Both the position numbers and the translations under genes were made by a program. Shown here in pieces: positions 37,460 through 51,969 of a DNA stretch of 64,000 bases (the stretch's first letter is position 1; each line of letters opens with the position of its first letter). The stretch lies in assembly GCA_951406725.2 (NCBI GenBank), contig OX597827.1:11532001-11596000 (forward strand). Reading direction: 5' to 3'. The stretch is from Octopus vulgaris. Its lineage: Eukaryota. The notes under the pieces are model-generated. The model made no database searches and was not told the origin of the DNA. It was given only the letters and a program-made list of their open reading frames with translations.

Positions 37460-39838
37460 TGTAGGTGTTGGCAGCTTTCTGGTTATAGTAGATGTTTTCC
37501 AATCATACTGTAATTCCTCTTCAGTGAAAAGCTGACTTCTTGACCTCATCAGCTGAATATTTCTATTTCTCATCTCATCTGAATTTCCTGTTATGACAGC
37601 AGAATTGTTCGTTTGAGAGATTAAGTGTCTCTTTTCTCTAAAAGACCGATTTGATGTATCTACTGCAGTCATGTGCAGAGCATTTCTCTTATGACATCTG
37701 ACAATGCATGCTGTTATAGAAACGACAACAACAACTGATACAATAACAGATGCCAAAGTTATTAGTATTACCAAATTAACATGTATTCTGTTATCCAAAA
37801 GTATGTGTTTGTCTTTCATCATTTTCAATGTTTTATTGCTAACTATCAATGTTAAAGATAAATTGGTGGTCGCAGTCAAAACAGGAGTGCCGCTATCTCT
37901 GACTGCACACTGTAGTTTATACAAGCCAGCATCATTCTGGTACACTGTACGAGAGAATGACAACACACCTGTGTATGAATCAATTGTAAACAATCGTTTT
38001 TCATTTCCTTTAACTATTTCATATTTGAAAAAAGCATTTCTTGGGCTATCTCTGTCAGCAACTTTCAATACTGAGATGTTATTTCTACTGTTTGGATGAT
38101 AGTAGACATCTAGACTAAATGGGTTAACACTTGGGAAAATGAAATGTGGAGCGTTGTCATTTTCGTCCATGACTTCAACAATAACATTTGCTTTATTACT
38201 TAGCGACGGTATTCCATTATCTCTCACCCACACTTGAAATTTGTATATATCCTGCCTTTCGCGATCTAGCGACTGTGTTGTGGAAATAAATCCATTATCA
38301 GTTATCTTAAAAGGAAGGGATGCATCATTTGAATTTTGCAGAGAAAAAGTCAGTCGTTTTCCAAGTCCGAGATCTTCATCAGTTGCATTGATGAATCCGA
38401 CAGGGAAATTAGGTTCCTCATTTTCATAAGTGAGGAACTTGAATGTATTTTTAGTAAACTGAGGCTGTACATCATTGACATCAGTCACTTGGATGGAGAA
38501 AGCTCTTTCAGTCTTTTGAGGAGGGAATCCTTTATCAGAGCACACAATTACAATTTGGTAATGATCTTCCTTTTCTCGATCAACTGGATTTTTGACTATG
38601 ATTTTGAATTCTTTAGAATTCATAGTTAAGAGCTGGAATTTATCATGTTGTAGATTACAACTAACTATGCCATTTTGTCCAATATCATCATCGGTGATCA
38701 TTACATATGCAATAAAACTGCCAACTTTAGTGTCCTCGGTTATTACAGCAGTGTTTTCGTCAAGAGCAGAGACAAAGTTGACATCAATTTTTGGTTGGTT
38801 ATTGCGGTCATTAATAACATTTACTAGAACGAGAGCAATGGAACTTAAGGGCGGACTTCCTTTGTCTGTTGCTTCAACAAAAAGCATGTAAGTGACTTTT
38901 TCATTAAAATCAAATTCATTGCTAAGAAATATCTCCCCAGTTATTTGATTTAAAATAAACTGATATTTTGCAACATCTGAAGTTTTGGAACTAAAACGGT
39001 AAACTATTTTGCCATTTTTACCTGAGTCCAAATCATTAGCGAATAGAGTTGTTACAGGAATAGATTTTTGGTGTCTGTTTCTTATGGAGATGTTATAAAC
39101 ATTCTGTGAAAAAATTGGGGAGTTGTCATTTTCATCCGCAACTGCTATATATACAGTCAAAACGCTTTGTTTGACAGGTGATCCTCCATCTCTTGCAATA
39201 ACTTCCAAAACATATCGGTCTTTTGCTTCTCGATCAAGTTTTTCTTCTAAAATAATTTCTAATTTACTGGTTCCATCAATTCTCTTGGAATATAATAAAG
39301 CAAATGGTTCGTCAGAACTCTTTTCAAGTTGATATGTAATCTGAGAATTAAGAACACCTACATCTTTGTCTATGGCATTTGGAACTGAAATTTTGGTTCC
39401 TCTGCCATCTCTTTCTGAAAACTGGATACTAACTTGTGTTAATGGGAATTCTGGTTGATGGTCATTAACATCATCAATGACAATTTTTATTTTTAAAATC
39501 TTCATAAAAGTCTTTGCTCGACGGACAGCAATTTTGATTGTTTTGAAACATTCTTTGGCATATGAACAAAGAGATTCTGCATCCAATACCTGAGCTGTGT
39601 AAAGTTTTCCGTTTTTAGAAACATTGAATAACTGTTTATCAGCGGCACCGCTCTGTTGTATTATGCTAAACCACACCTTATTGCGGTCTTTCATTTGTAC
39701 ATTGTCCAGCAATTTTGTATTTGTCGCAATATTTCCGATATATGTAGAAGGACTCCTGCCTTCCTCCACATGGTAAACAAGATCTACACAAAGAGTTTTG
39801 GTTAGGAATGAGAGTAACACACAAAGTGAAAGCAGCAT
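37457..39838 (-). CDS. Protocadherin, large first coding exon (signal peptide, 6 EC repeats, TM, proximal cytoplasmic domain; 794 codons; gene continues after splice)
   Basis: Starts MLLSLCVLLSFLTKTLC (signal peptide). Cadherin motifs LDAE/LDRE/VDRE, DxNDxxP (DVNDHQP, DENDNSP, DVNDVQP, DENDNAP), AxDxGxP; C-x5-C in EC1 (CSYAKEC); TM VILITLASVIVSVVVVVSITACIV. Ends ...KLPTPTQ at CAG|GTAAGT, phase 0. An in-frame TGA at 39874-39872 precedes the ATG. Confidence 0.95.
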
Positions 39839-39882
39839 ATTCTTTTCTGTTGCAGTTGTAATCACAAAATGTCAAAATGATT

Positions 39883-39945
39883 CTGAAAGTGTAAAGAAAA
39901 TAGATGAAAAAAATAATAATACAAAAAATTTAATTAGATCAGACT
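39883..39945 (-). promoter_or_regulatory. 3' splice acceptor (branch-like CTAAT, polypyrimidine tract, TTTCAG) 44 nt upstream of the protocadherin ATG
   Basis: Minus strand reads tgatctaattaaattttttgtattattatttttttcatctattttctttacactttcag|aatcatt; implies at least one upstream non-coding exon. Confidence 0.7.
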
Positions 39946-40132
39946 ATGCGTGTTTTTTAAGAGCATTATTTGAAAAATGTCATATATATCTTGCTCCTAC
40001 CCTCTTTTTCTATCTTTCTCTCCCTCTCTCCCTCTCTCACTCTCTCTCACACACACACATATACACACATACGTGTACATATACATACATACATATTTAT
40101 GTATGTATATGTGCAAATATATACACATATAT

Positions 40133-40181
<49 letters not shown>

Positions 40182-41877
40182 ATATACACACACATACTTA
40201 CACATATAAATGCGTATATATAGATATATGTATATATAAACACATACATATGTGTGTGTATTTGTATGTATATATATACATGTAGAGGTAGGTACGTACA
40301 TATATGTATATATATATGCATATGTTTTATTTATTAATATATTATGAATATATATTTGTATTATATAAAATAATGAAACAATAACATTTCGAAATTAAAT
40401 TTATTATTTTTTTCTGAAATATTTCTTTTTGTAAAGTATCTGAAAAGTAATAAATATAAGCATGCTTCAGCAAATTTGAAAATACTCTTAAAAATATGAT
40501 TTTCCAAGGGAAAAATTTCAAACTATAGATTTTCTTACTAACGTCTTTTATGTGACTCCATTGAACTCTAATTGAATTCTCATTGCATCAGATTACATTA
40601 ATGATAGCTATTGCTTTCTCTGTGTCATGTTAATGTGGACATTCTAACTAATACAACCCTGCATAGAAACATTAAATATCGAACTAGATCATAACAACTG
40701 GGTGAGGCACTTCAGATATGTATAGATGTATACATAGATATATATACATGTATGTGATTGCTCATTTAGATATAGTGGCACTTGCATTCTTTAAACTATA
40801 TGCTATTCTTTTTTATTTCATTTTTCAGTATTTTATTTGTTTTGTTAAATATGCTTTTCACTAAAGTAAGCAATTATATTTCCTTATCATTTTTTTAATA
40901 TTTTTATTTCTTTTTTTTTCCTTTTTTAATTTTTTTTTTTTTCCTGGCTTTGGAATTTTGATTAAAGCCGAAATTATACAAAACATTTACTATATGGATG
41001 CAGAAATTTTCAGAGATATCTTATCAGTTTAATCAAAGGGAAAAATGTTCAATTAAGATGAATATGCATGTATACATCGGTAAATCAGTAAATCTGTGTA
41101 CTTATATATATGAACCACTTTATCAGGAAATGTATATATTTATATACAGATCTATGATACGCGCATATATACATATGCATTCTTGTGCATGTGTGCTTCA
41201 ATTAATGCAGCATATACAATTACCAGTATTCATGTATATATATGAATAAATTAATGAAAGTGTGTAAATGGAAGGGGATATTTCTTTCATGCTTTTCTCA
41301 TACTTATATTTCCATCCGCAAACATGCCAAACACACATAAAAAGAAAAAAAAAAGAATTACCGTTAATAACTTTTACACAGAATCTATTCAATAATTTCT
41401 CTATAGCAAAAATGAAAAAAAAAAAAAAGGGAAAAAAAAATAAGGGAAAAGATTCCAATTAAATGCTAAAAATTTATTTTGAAATACATGAAGAGGGTCA
41501 AATCCTTCTGATGAATGTATCAATATGAAACTGCTAATAATAATGGGTAATAATGAGGAATACATCAATTGTAATTAAAATAGTGGCGACAATGATATTA
41601 ACAATGAGGAGATTGTTGTAGTTGATGATGGTAATGATGATGATGACAACGATGATTATGATTATGATGATGGTGATGATGATGTTGATGACGATGACGA
41701 TGACAGCAATGATAATGATATATGATGATGATGATGATGATGATAGTTGAAGAGGTAGTAGTAGTAGTGAGTATAGTGTTGGCTGTAGTGGTGGTGTTGG
41801 TGTGGAGGCAGTGATGATGACTATGATAACAATGATGATGTTGGTGATAGTGATGGTGTTGATATTCTTTTCTGCTC

Positions 41878-42020
41878 TATTATATCGACCCCCAGTATGC
41901 AACTGGTACTTAATTTACTGACCACGAAAGGTTCAAAGGCAAAGTTTGACCTCGGCTGAATTTGAACTCAGAATGTAAAGACAGATGAAATCCCGCTAAG
42001 CATTTCACCTGGCGTGCTAA
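41878..42020 (-). mobile_element. SINE family B, partial
   Basis: aaaggcaaagtttgacctcggctgaatttgaactcagaa. Confidence 0.7.
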
Positions 42021-42042
42021 TGGTGTTGTTGATATTGTAAGT

Positions 42043-42458
42043 AGTGGCTGTGTGGTAAGTAGCTTGCTAACCAACTACATGGTTCCGGGTTCAGTCCCAC
42101 TGCATGGCATCTTGGGCAAGTGCCTTCTGCTATAGCCCCGGGCCGACCAATGCCTTGTGAGTGGATTTGGTAGACGGAAACTGAAAGAAGCCTGTCATAT
42201 CTATGTATATATATATATGTGTATGTGTGTGTGTGTATGTTTGTGTGTCTGTGTTTGTCCCCCCTAGCATTGCTTGACAACCGATGCTGGTGTGTTTACG
42301 TCCCCGTCACTTAGCAGTTCGGCAAAAGAGACCGATAGAATAAGTACTAGGCTTACAAAGAATAAATCCTGGGGTCGATTCGCTCGACTAAAGGCGGTGC
42401 TCCAGCATGGCCGCAGTCAAGTGACTGAAACAAGTAAAAGAGTAAAAGAGTAAAGAGT
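42043..42458 (+). mobile_element. SINE family A
   Basis: Matches the consensus. Confidence 0.9.
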
Positions 42459-43735
42459 TGTTGGGTGGTGATAAAGGGAGTGATAGTGACAGTGGCAGTG
42501 GTGGTGATGGTGGTAGTTGTAGGGGTGGTGGTGGTGGTGGTGGTGGCAGTGTTGTTGTTGTTGGTGATGGTGGAGGTAGAGCTGGTAAATATTGTGACAG
42601 TGATGGTACTGATGATGATAATGATTATGATGGTGGTGCTGGTTGCTGTGGTGCTGGTGGTAGTGGTGTTGGTGGCAGTGGTGCTGGTGCTGGTGCTGGT
42701 GTGCTTGTGGTGGGTGTTGATCATGGCTGTGATGATGATAGTGAAATGACGATAATGTTGTTGTTGTTTGCAGTGGTGATGGTGATAATGATGATGATGA
42801 TGGGGAGGAGTAGGAGGAAGAACAAGAGGATGGTAACGATAGTGATGGTGACGCTTATAAGACTAAACCTAATGACATAACAAAGACAAACAGAGCATTC
42901 ATGGTTCTGGGTACAGCTACAGCTGGAAGTACATTGAGGAATGATGATGATGACGATGATGATGAAGGTGATGATGGCGATGGTAATGATGTTGATGATG
43001 ATGCTCATGGTGATACAGATGCTGATGATGCTGATGCTGATATTGATGGTAGTGGTAGTGGTGGTGGTGGTGATGACGATGATGATGATGAAGGTGATGA
43101 TGGTGATGGTAATGATGTTGATGATGCTCATGGTGACACAGATGCTGATGACGCTGATGCTGATACTGATGGTAGTGGTAGTGGTTGTGGTGGTGGTGGT
43201 GGCGGTGGTGGTGGTGATAACGATGATGATGATGGTGAAGAGGATGACAATAAGTATGAGGATGAGAAGGAAGTGGGAGCTGATTGTGATTGTGATGATG
43301 ACCGTGGGTGGTGGTGGTGGTGTAGTGGTGTTGGTGTAGTGGTGGTGGTGTAGTGGTGTTGGTGTAGTGGTGTTGGCGATGGTGGTGTTGGTGATGGTGG
43401 TTTTGGTGATAGTGGTGGCAGTGCTGGTGCTAATAATGATGATGATGATGGTGGTCATGGTGGTGGTGTTTGTAGTGGTGGTGGGTGTGGTGGTGAGTGT
43501 GGTGGTGGTGGTGGTGGTGGTGGTGGTGGTTGAGGCAATGATGATGATTATCATTATCATCACTATGATCAATATAACCATAACCATGATCATGATTATG
43601 GTAGAGGTGGTTGTGGTGGTGATGGTGCAGGTGATGATAGATGATAATGATGATGATAATGACGTTGGCGATGATGATGATGACGATGATGTCGAAAATA
43701 AAAGGGGTGTGATCACGATGACAATGATTAGGATC
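42458..43735. repeat. Degenerate (GGT/GAT)n low-complexity tract with ~125-bp tandem duplication
   Basis: gatgaaggtgatgatgg...gctcatggtga(t/c)acagatgctgatg occurs at ~42960 and ~43087. Confidence 0.9.
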
Positions 43736-44399
43736 ACGGTTGTTTTCTTTATTTTTTTTCTTTGTCATCTATTCTATTTTATTTTACTTTTTTAATCTTT
43801 TCCTTCCCTTCCCAATTCTTTCTTTCTTTCACACCACTTCTTCCCCCACGCCCCTTTTTCTCCGCCCCGCCCCCTCTGGCCCCTATCCATTGTAAAGTCA
43901 GTATATTCATTATTGTTTTATCTTAAGAAATCACTATGCAAAGATCGAGAGCTAGCAAGCGATTATTGAAGATGTATGATCGTTCGTTGCCAAACAAGAA
44001 GACCAAAGAGTTCAGACCATTATTTTTGAATGGCAGCTGAACAAATGCTCATAATAGTTATGTGATAACACCATGCAGTTGTTTTGAACTAATGTCACGA
44101 TATAAACATCTAAGCCAAAGACACTATTGAGATGGGCACAATGTATTGAGATGCTATGGCATGTAAAAGAATTATTGAATGAACGTTAATCAGTTGGCCA
44201 GAATGAATAGCAGCGCGGTGAAGTCAGAGATATATCACTATAGCTAGCATGTGCTAATATCTGCATCTGTTGGGTTTGTACCAATTAGCAGGGGATGTGC
44301 AACAAAAGAAAATTGCTTCTGAGAAATGAGAACAACAGATTGTTCAATAGAAAGAAAATGTTCATTAATGATATGGATCTAAATCATAAACAACAATGC

Positions 44400-44525
44400 A
44401 TAATAATGGTGATAATGATAACAACAACAACAACAACAACGACACTGACAATGACAATGACAATGAGGATAATAATGGTGGTGATAATGATAATAATAAT
44501 AATAATAATAATGATGATGATGATG

Positions 44526-44583
<58 letters not shown>

Positions 44584-44639
44584 TGATGATGATGATGATA
44601 ATAATAATAATAATAATAATGATGATGATAATAATGATG

Positions 44640-44686
<47 letters not shown>

Positions 44687-44738
44687 TATGATGATGATGA
44701 TGATAATAATAATAATAATGATGATAATAATAATAACG

Positions 44739-44800
<62 letters not shown>

Positions 44801-44816
44801 TATGATGATGATGATG

Positions 44817-44880
<64 letters not shown>

Positions 44881-44942
44881 TGATGATGATGATAATAATA
44901 ATAATAATAATGATGATAATAATAATAATGATAATAATAATA

Positions 44943-44978
<36 letters not shown>

Positions 44979-44994
44979 TATGATGATGATGATG

Positions 44995-45028
<34 letters not shown>

Positions 45029-45042
45029 TGATGATGATAATG

Positions 45043-45103
<61 letters not shown>

Positions 45104-45156
45104 TGATGATGATGATGATAATAATAATAATAATAATAATGATGATGATGATAATG

Positions 45157-45211
<55 letters not shown>

Positions 45212-45255
45212 TAATAATAATAATAATAATATTAATAATTATGATGATGATGATG

Positions 45256-45295
<40 letters not shown>

Positions 45296-45309
45296 TGATG
45301 ATGATAATG

Positions 45310-45352
<43 letters not shown>

Positions 45353-45376
45353 TGATGATGATGATAATGAATAATG

Positions 45377-45413
<37 letters not shown>

Positions 45414-45424
45414 TGATGATGATG

Positions 45425-45467
<43 letters not shown>

Positions 45468-45520
45468 TGATAATAATAATAATGAGGATAATGATGTTGA
45501 TGATAATAGCAATTATAATG
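44400..45520. repeat. ~1.1-kb (AAT)n(GAT)n compound array
   Basis: Alternating AAT and GAT blocks. Confidence 0.95.
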
Positions 45521-46032
45521 GCTGCCTTGTGTCGAGACGGAACATTATAATCTTCAGCTCATGTTGAAGAAAGACGAAAATTTTATATTCCGTATAATAA
45601 AGAGAGTTTCAGTTGAAATAGAACATAGAAGAGTCTTGGAGAAATTCTTCAAGGAAGTTAGTGATTGAGACATAAAGATGTGAAGAGTAAGGGGGTAGCA
45701 TGGGGGGGTGAAGTGTAGAGAGTAAAGGAGATGGACGGTAGTGAGAGTGAAGCAAAAAGAGAGATATGTATTTGTATGTATGTGTGTATGTATGTATGTA
45801 TGCATGTATGTATGAATGTATATACACATGTGCTCTCGCACACACACACACACATACACACACATTTATTAAAGAGAGAGAAATAGAGACCGAGAAAGAA
45901 CGAGAGAAAGAGAGAGAAATAGAGACCGAGAAAGAACGAGAGAAAGAGAGAGAGAGACACTTGTGTACGTTTATATGTAGAAATAAATTTGTTTATATAT
46001 AAAGCATGTATATTGGAAGTCATATACACACC

Positions 46033-46063
<31 letters not shown>

Positions 46064-46422
46064 TGTCGAGTTAAGTAGGTGTGTAAATATACATATATAA
46101 ATTTATTTATATATATATAGATATATACACACACACAAGTACACACATGCACATGTATATAATTATATAAAAATATAAACTTACATTCATATACACACTT
46201 ATCTTCACATGAGTGTATGCATGTGGTGTGTATGGTTTCTTATATATATATATATTTTTTTTATATAAACAAATTTATTTGTACATATGAATATATAGAA
46301 AATGCCTACAATGATTATTCTCTCTATCTTTCTTTATTATATATACACACACATATATATCTATATACATATATATGTGTGTGTATGTATATATGCATGT
46401 ATAGATATGTATGTATATATAT

Positions 46423-46521
<99 letters not shown>

Positions 46522-46750
46522 TGTATATACACACACGCACATGCACACACATATGTGTGCATATATATATGCATATATACATACACATGTATATGTGTTT
46601 GTGAGAGCATATATATATTTATATAATGATGATGATGTATATTCATGTATACCTGTATACACACATACATGCACAGCCAAACACATACATCTACACATGT
46701 ACACACACTCACACATATACTCAAACACATACACACACTTACACACATAT

Positions 46751-46799
<49 letters not shown>

Positions 46800-47724
46800 T
46801 ACAGATGCACAAACACACAGATTATTTTGAGTAATTGCAAATTATGTGAATTCAAGTCTGATAACAGATAACATGAATCCTCCTGAGGTAAGTTAGCTTT
46901 ACATAACTCGCCTTATTCTGGTCTTCTTTGCTAGCTTTAGAAATGCATTTCTTCTCATTAATTCTATTTATTCAGGGAAGATAGCAAAAGATATACTTGA
47001 TAAATGAGAATTGAATTCTAAATTTTCCAGACATTTGAAATTCTATGTCTTTGTGTCTTTTATATTTGTTTTGTTTTCATTTTGATTATATATATTTTTT
47101 CCACTTGTATTTATTTTGATTTTTATTTTATGATTTTATTCTTTTGTTTGTCTAATTTTTATATATTTTTTTTCATTCTTGGTTGTTTGTTTTAATAATA
47201 TGATTGATATCATTGTAAAAGTTTCGCATTATATTGCAAAATTTCTTTTTCTTGTATTTTTCTTTGTATGTGTGTTTTCTTATTTTTGTTTTTTTTTTGT
47301 TTTGTCTTTTTATTCTTTCTTTCACAAATAATTGAAAATACTGAGAATTTTATGAAGATTGAAAATTTATAAAAATCTACAATGATTAATCAACCCACTA
47401 ATGATTTAAATGGTGAAAAATAAAAGAAGGAAAAAATGAAAATAATAAAACACACACAAAAAATATAATCAAAATAATGAGGAATAAAGCGTGAAATGTA
47501 TGGAAATAATGGTAGAGAAGAAATTTCCTGTTGATAGGAATAGATCTACAAAGGTAATGCTGTCTCCAACATTGACATATTTCATTCTATTTTGAGATAA
47601 AAGAAATTCTTTCTTGATTTAATTGTTAACTGAATTCCTTGTAGTACAGAGATAAAAGAAGTAGATATGTTTATGTATATCTATATCTTTATATATATAT
47701 ATCCATATCTATATGTATGCACGT

Positions 47725-47759
<35 letters not shown>

Positions 47760-47810
47760 CTTTATAAATTATAGATTATATATGTGTGTGTGTATTATAA
47801 TACATATGTA

Positions 47811-47857
<47 letters not shown>

Positions 47858-48851
47858 CTGTGTGTATATGTATGTGCATATATAAATGTCTATGTATATA
47901 CATATGTATGTAGCATCATCATATCTTTTAACGTCTGTTTTCCATGCTGGAATGATATAGATACGATATAATTATACATATCTAAACACATGTAAGTATA
48001 TAAATACATACATACATGCATACATACATACATACATACATACATACATACATACATACATACATACATACATACATACATACATACATACATGCATACA
48101 TACATGCATATATGCATACATACATATATATATATCTATATCTATATATATCTATATATCTATCTATATATATATATCTATATACATATATATACACTTA
48201 TATAAATACATGTGCATTCATATATGAATACACACACACAATGCATATACAAATAGACAAATAGATTGATAGATACATTCACAGAGGCATACATATACAC
48301 AGAGACATATGCCCACACATTCCATCTGAAATATGTACGCATATATGAATATATGTACAAAATTACTGTAACCAGCATGTTTTATGATAAATTATAAATA
48401 AATCTACATGTGTTTGGTTAATTAACGAAGATTTATTTCAAACCACCTGTGTCTCTCTTCAGAATGACTCTTAGGAGCAACAGCACGGTTTTACTCTCAC
48501 TGATCCATATAATCACATCAGAATTTTTCCACTTCATTTGACCAACATAAAGAGAGGATGACTTACATCTACATATGAAAAAAATATGTTTTGGACGACG
48601 ACAGGCATTGATTTGCTCAGCTGCATATCATGAACCTACCTCAATGGTGCGGTGATTTGTATAAATGAAATAGGTGAAAGAAGCAAAGTGTTTGAGAATG
48701 AAGTCTAAATAATGTACAAGGATACATTTTACGAGTATACACTGTACTTCATCTTCTTTTGGGGGAAATAATTCTCCACGTTTAAATTTAGTCATCTCTG
48801 TGCAGAAATGTAGAATGAACTGAATAACATGTATGTATGTACGTGTATATA

Positions 48852-48891
<40 letters not shown>

Positions 48892-48929
48892 TATACACAC
48901 ACACGTATATATGTGTATATATGTACTCG

Positions 48930-49302
48930 TTACTCTCTACTCTTTTACTTGTTTCAGTTATTTGACTGTAGCCATGCTGGAGCACCACCTTTAGTCAAGC
49001 AAATTGACTCCAGGACTTATTCTTTGTAAGCCTAGTACTTATTCTATCAGTCTCTTTTGCCGAACCATTAAGTTACGGGGATGTAAACACACCAGCATCA
49101 GTTTTCAAGCGATGTTGGTGGGGACAAACATATACACACACATACATATATACTCTGGGCTTCTTTCAGTTTCCGTCTACCAAATCCACTAACGAGGCTT
49201 TTGTCAGCCCGAGGCTATAGTAGAAGACACTTGCCCAAGGTGCCACACAGTGGGACTGAACCTGGAACACTGTGGTTCATAAGCAAGCTACTTACCACAC
49301 AC
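48930..49302 (-). mobile_element. SINE family A (diverged)
   Basis: Reverse copy. Confidence 0.85.
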
Positions 49303-49314
49303 TACTCCAATGCC

Positions 49315-49365
<51 letters not shown>

Positions 49366-49622
49366 CATCATCATCATCATATAATATATATGTGTGTATG
49401 TGTGTATACTTACATATATATGAATATGTGTATATACATATATATATATAGTTATACACACACATATATATATATGCATTATGTATTATTTCCATAAACA
49501 TATATGCATATAAATATATGTATACTCATATTTATTTGTATGTATGTATGTACGTATGTATGTATGTATGTATGTATGCACGTATTCCTGTATGTATGTA
49601 TGTATGTATGTATGTATGTATG

Positions 49623-49654
<32 letters not shown>

Positions 49655-50050
49655 CATGTATGTATGTATGTATGTATGTATGTATGTATGTATGCACGTA
49701 TGTATGTATGCATGTTCAAATGTAATTCAGTAATTCACTTAGTACAGTGGAAGTTGAAGCTGAAATAACCAACTTCCTCCTTCTTGAATTTGCCAACTGA
49801 AAATTAATTACAAATTTGAAATCTTATAATTAAATTTATTCTCTTTACTGTCCTCCTGTATTATAAGCATGTCTTGATGTAGAGGGCGGCGAATGCAGCT
49901 TTAATGTGAAAATATTACATTTGTATACAGGAAAAGTATATATTTCCCTCATTATATATATATGGAATCTTTCTATATCTAATTGTCTTTGTTAATGTTT
50001 CTGCATATGTAGGTGTGTACGTATGCATGTACATGCAGGAGTATCTATGC

Positions 50051-50270
<220 letters not shown>

Positions 50271-50782
50271 TCTACATACACATACACATGTGCATTTGTG
50301 TATATATATATATAAATATATATGTATGTATGTGTGTATGTATTTCAACCTCTCACAAATACATAGACACTTTAGATACTTTAGATATACACATATGCAC
50401 ATAATTATATGTATGAGTGTAAATGAGTTTTTATGGTAACTTATGGAAATAGGTATATTTATGTTAAATCTCTCAAAGTTACGCATTTCATGATGATATG
50501 TATTTCTGGTATGTGTGTTAAAATTCCTATTACATATATTTAAAAGAATGTTTTTCTTCCTTCCATTAATTGCAATGTTATTCAAATGAGGTTTTATGCA
50601 TTTGGTTGAAACTTCCAATATTACCGTTTCTTTGCCTCCTAAATTATTGAATATATTAATGCATATGAATATGTGTGTATGCATATCTATGGTGTGTATG
50701 TGTGTGTGAGTGTGTGTGTTTCTGTGAATGTGCACATGTATATACGTGTATCATGTGAATATGTATGTATATATATGCATAT

Positions 50783-50954
50783 AGGCACAGGAGTGGCTGT
50801 GTGGTAAGTAGCTTGCTAACCAACCACATGGTTCCGGGTTCAGTCCCACTGCGTGGCATCTTGGGCAAGTGCCTTCTGCTATAGCCCCGGGCCGACCAAT
50901 GCCTTGTGAGTGGATTTGGTAGACAGAAACTGAAAGAAGCCTGTTGTATACATG

Positions 50955-50987
<33 letters not shown>

Positions 50988-51203
50988 ATGTGTTTGTGTG
51001 TCTGTGTTTGTCCCCCTAGCATTGCTTGACAACCGATGCTGGTGTGTTTACGTCCCCGTCACTTAGCGGTTTGGCAAAAGAGACCGATAGAATAAGTACT
51101 GGGCTTACAAAGAATTAGTCCCAGGGTCGATTCGCTCGACTAAAGGCGGTGCTCCAGCATGGCCGCAGTCAAATAACTGAAACAAATAAAAGAGTAAAAG
51201 AGT
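50783..51203 (+). mobile_element. SINE family A
   Basis: Matches the consensus. Confidence 0.9.
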
Positions 51204-51252
51204 ATATATAATGAATATACGTATATACACATATACACATATATACAAACAG

Positions 51253-51573
51253 GCACTCCGTCGGTTACAATGACAAGTGTTCCAGGTGATCCGATCAACA
51301 GAACAGCCTGCTATTGAAATTATCATCTAAGTGGCTGAGTATTCCACAGACACATGGATCCTAAATGTAGTTCTTAGGGAGATTCAGCGTGATATAGAGT
51401 CTGACAATGCTGGCCCTTTGAAATACAGGTACTGCTCATGTTTGCCAGCTGAGTGGACTGGAGCAATGTGAAATGAAATGCCTTGTTCAAGGACATAATG
51501 CACCACTGGAAATCGAACTCATGAGCTTATGATCATGGGCCAAGTACCCTAACCACTAAGCCATGTCCCTTCA
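51253..51573 (-). mobile_element. SINE family C
   Basis: Homologous to 23806-24125. Confidence 0.8.
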
Positions 51574-51969
51574 CAAATATATGCATATACAAACACACAC
51601 GCACACACACACTCACACACATATATATTATGGAGATGTACTTGCATAGAAAGTGACCTGATCTGTGAGCATGTGCTGAAACGAAAACAATTGCAGCATG
51701 GAAGGTATTTATAAGCCATTTAAAAACACACAAAAACTGTTAGATTCACTTCAACATTTAAATTTAATTTGTCAAATTTGTATGTATGTATGTATGTATG
51801 TATGTATGTATGTATGTATGTATGTATGTATGTATGCATCTATGCTTGTATATATGCATGTTTGTATGTATGTATGTATCTATAAATGTATGTATGTGTG
51901 TATATATATATATATATGTATGTATGTATATGTATATATTTATGTATGTATATATATACGTATATTTGT

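Noticed and set aside
39839-39865. GTG start given by the ORF track
   Set aside because: Eukaryotic gene; the ATG at 39838 begins the signal peptide.
42353-45567. Long low-complexity ORFs up to 377 aa
   Set aside because: Trinucleotide arrays lacking stops; no domains or splice support.
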